Part shown: positions 62,495-64,000 of the stretch, piece after piece
Layout of the letters: every line of letters starts with the position of its first letter
How positions within the stretch are numbered: position 1 is the stretch's first letter
NCBI GenBank assembly: GCA_043228905.1
Contig: JBHGNT010000017.1
Location: forward strand, 5,580,001-5,644,000
From: Azolla caroliniana
Lineage: Eukaryota > Plantae > Polypodiophyta
Direction: 5' to 3'
Length of the DNA: 64,000 bases
Made by a program: the position numbers and the translations under genes
Notes under the pieces: generated by a model
Told to the model about the DNA's origin: nothing
Seen by the model: the letters and a program-made list of their open reading frames with translations, nothing else
Databases searched by the model: none

Positions 62495-63117
62495 TGTCGT
62501 GAAGAAAACCGACCATAGGCAGAATCAGAGAAAAAGGCGCATGAACCGGTTCTTACATGGGTGGACGCGAGAATTGATATTTTGTACATGATTCATAACT
62601 AGGTCGGCTGATGTAAATACTAGGTAGTACACATTTATTAGGGGATTTGTGCGTATCTCTGTTGAGAGGGGCATGGAATAAACTATTTAAGGAGGGAGAG
62701 AAGGAAGAAAAAGGTATCGCGCGTTGGCGAGGACGAAGTGTTGCTGCAGAACCGAGTGCCGAGCTCTCTCTCCTCCGATCATAGTTCTTTGTGGGTGTCG
62801 GGAGTTCGCTGCCTCTGCTTTCTGCTTTGTGGATAGCTCGTGTGCTTCCAGCAGAGGCTCTCCCCCCCTTTTTTTTGTTTCTTCAAGTCGAGTGATTGTC
62901 GTCTGTGTGCGTGAGTAGGACCCCGTGTCAGGTCCATTACCGGTTTGCCGGTTGTAACTGTTCGAGTTGTAAGCTATGGATTATAGTAATCGGATTCCTG
63001 TTTCTTGCTCTTGTTTTCCTTCTGTGTATCTACAACTCTCTCTATCTCACTCTCTCCTTGGTCCAAGACCCCCGTGGTCCCGCCTCTTCCTACATGCAAA
63101 CGCGAAACTTCGCGACG
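62495..63117 (+). mobile_element. Gypsy solo LTR F (family of G) inserted in the gag of D
   Basis: TGTCGTGAAG...CTTCGCGAC(G); 4-bp TSD GCGT (62491-62494 / 63118-63121); host gag rejoins and matches A (SNYASW). Confidence 0.92.
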
Positions 63118-64000
63118 GCGTAATTGCTCCGGTTGAGTTTCTCTGTGGGAAGTGAATTTGCCATACATCTGTCCATAACTGCTTCTGTGTCTGTTCTTGC
63201 GACCTGTTAGGGTTTGCTTTTCAAGGCGAATGTTTGCAGCAGAGGTTCTCAACCCTCACGCTCTGATACCATGAAAACGTATATGTTTGTGGAAGCGTTA
63301 AAATAGAAACACAAGAAACACATAGTGAGAGAGAGAGAGTACACGGGAGAGACAGACAGAGAGAGCAGAACGTTAATTCAAAATTATATGAAATGTTCTC
63401 TGTACATACAATGGGCTTACCATCACTATTTATACAAGTCCTCATGGGACTGACAGAAGTACCGTGTACTTCAATGCTCACACAAGCATCTGACACTTAC
63501 TACGAGACTATAACTGCCTAGTAGTCTAAACTTAACACTAGGCTGCCGGTTACTGATTGGATCCGGCTAACCGGCTCCCCAGCTCACCGGCTTCGTTGTT
63601 TGCCGGCTCGGTTGCTCACCGTCATACCGATCCGTCTCGCTTACCGGCTCAGGCTTGTTCAGCCGATCCGGCTCCAGTTGAGCTTGCCGCTCAACACTTG
63701 TAAACTCCCAATTGCCATTAAAACCCTTTGAGGATGCCCTTGTTTTCTAATACAACGATAAAATTGACTATCCTTGGCTATTCCAAATAATAATTAACTA
63801 GAAAACCCTAGTGGTGATGTAAAATGATATTGCTTACAATTTCAAGAATTTTATGTACAAGTTGACTTAAAGGAGATCAAATGTGTTTGTTCATTGTAAA
63901 TCCAAGTAGATTTGGGTATAGCAATATCATACTTTAAGGAGATTAGACAAGATGATTATGGATATTATTTGAGAGTTATCAAGTAGATGAAACATATAAC

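Larger units (their letters stand above)
52798..63176 (-). pseudogene. Fragmented gag-pol of D, including the C-terminal tail
   Basis: ORF pieces 62238-62516, 61614-62216, 60862-61764, part of 59967-60944, 54843-55403, 54202-54846 (YVDD mutated to YVYD) and 53146-53847 align with the A polyprotein. Confidence 0.9.
52379..63696 (-). mobile_element. Full-length Ty1/copia element D (A family; host of E and F)
   Basis: LTRs 52379-52803 and 63272-63696; perfect TSD CTTGT (52374-52378 / 63697-63701); PBS ending at 63271; PPT 52804-52815; internal region collinear with A. Confidence 0.96.

Overview
Plant nuclear DNA, most likely a fern (inferred from the PPR style, the copia families and the abundant CT/GA microsatellites). 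The window holds two intact single-ORF genes: an EMS1/EXS-type LRR receptor kinase (26246-30673, +) and a PLS-class PPR protein with a truncated E domain (47261-50389, -). They lie between two nested LTR-retrotransposon clusters (1-20100 and 52379-63696). I resolved the clusters into copia elements A-E, a rearranged gypsy element G, a gypsy solo LTR F, a copia solo LTR and an LTR fragment X, most with exact ends and target-site duplications (TSDs). Most notable: (i) four copia elements from two families with otherwise dissimilar LTRs share a stem-loop of fixed geometry that puts the PPT/LTR junction in its loop, with one compensatory base pair; (ii) the same elements carry an in-frame Pol tail of about 30-250 aa between a duplicated PPT-like 12-mer; (iii) element G is a gypsy insertion folded into a near-perfect 401-bp U3 hairpin with a mosaic template-switch junction; (iv) a young Tork-like copia keeps an open gag-PR-INT ORF and RNase H but lacks the RT core; (v) a PPR pseudogene is split by a copia insertion; (vi) a roughly 6.7-kb island (37550-44270) looks compositionally like flowering-plant DNA. 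All coordinates and counts were read by eye and no database search was run.
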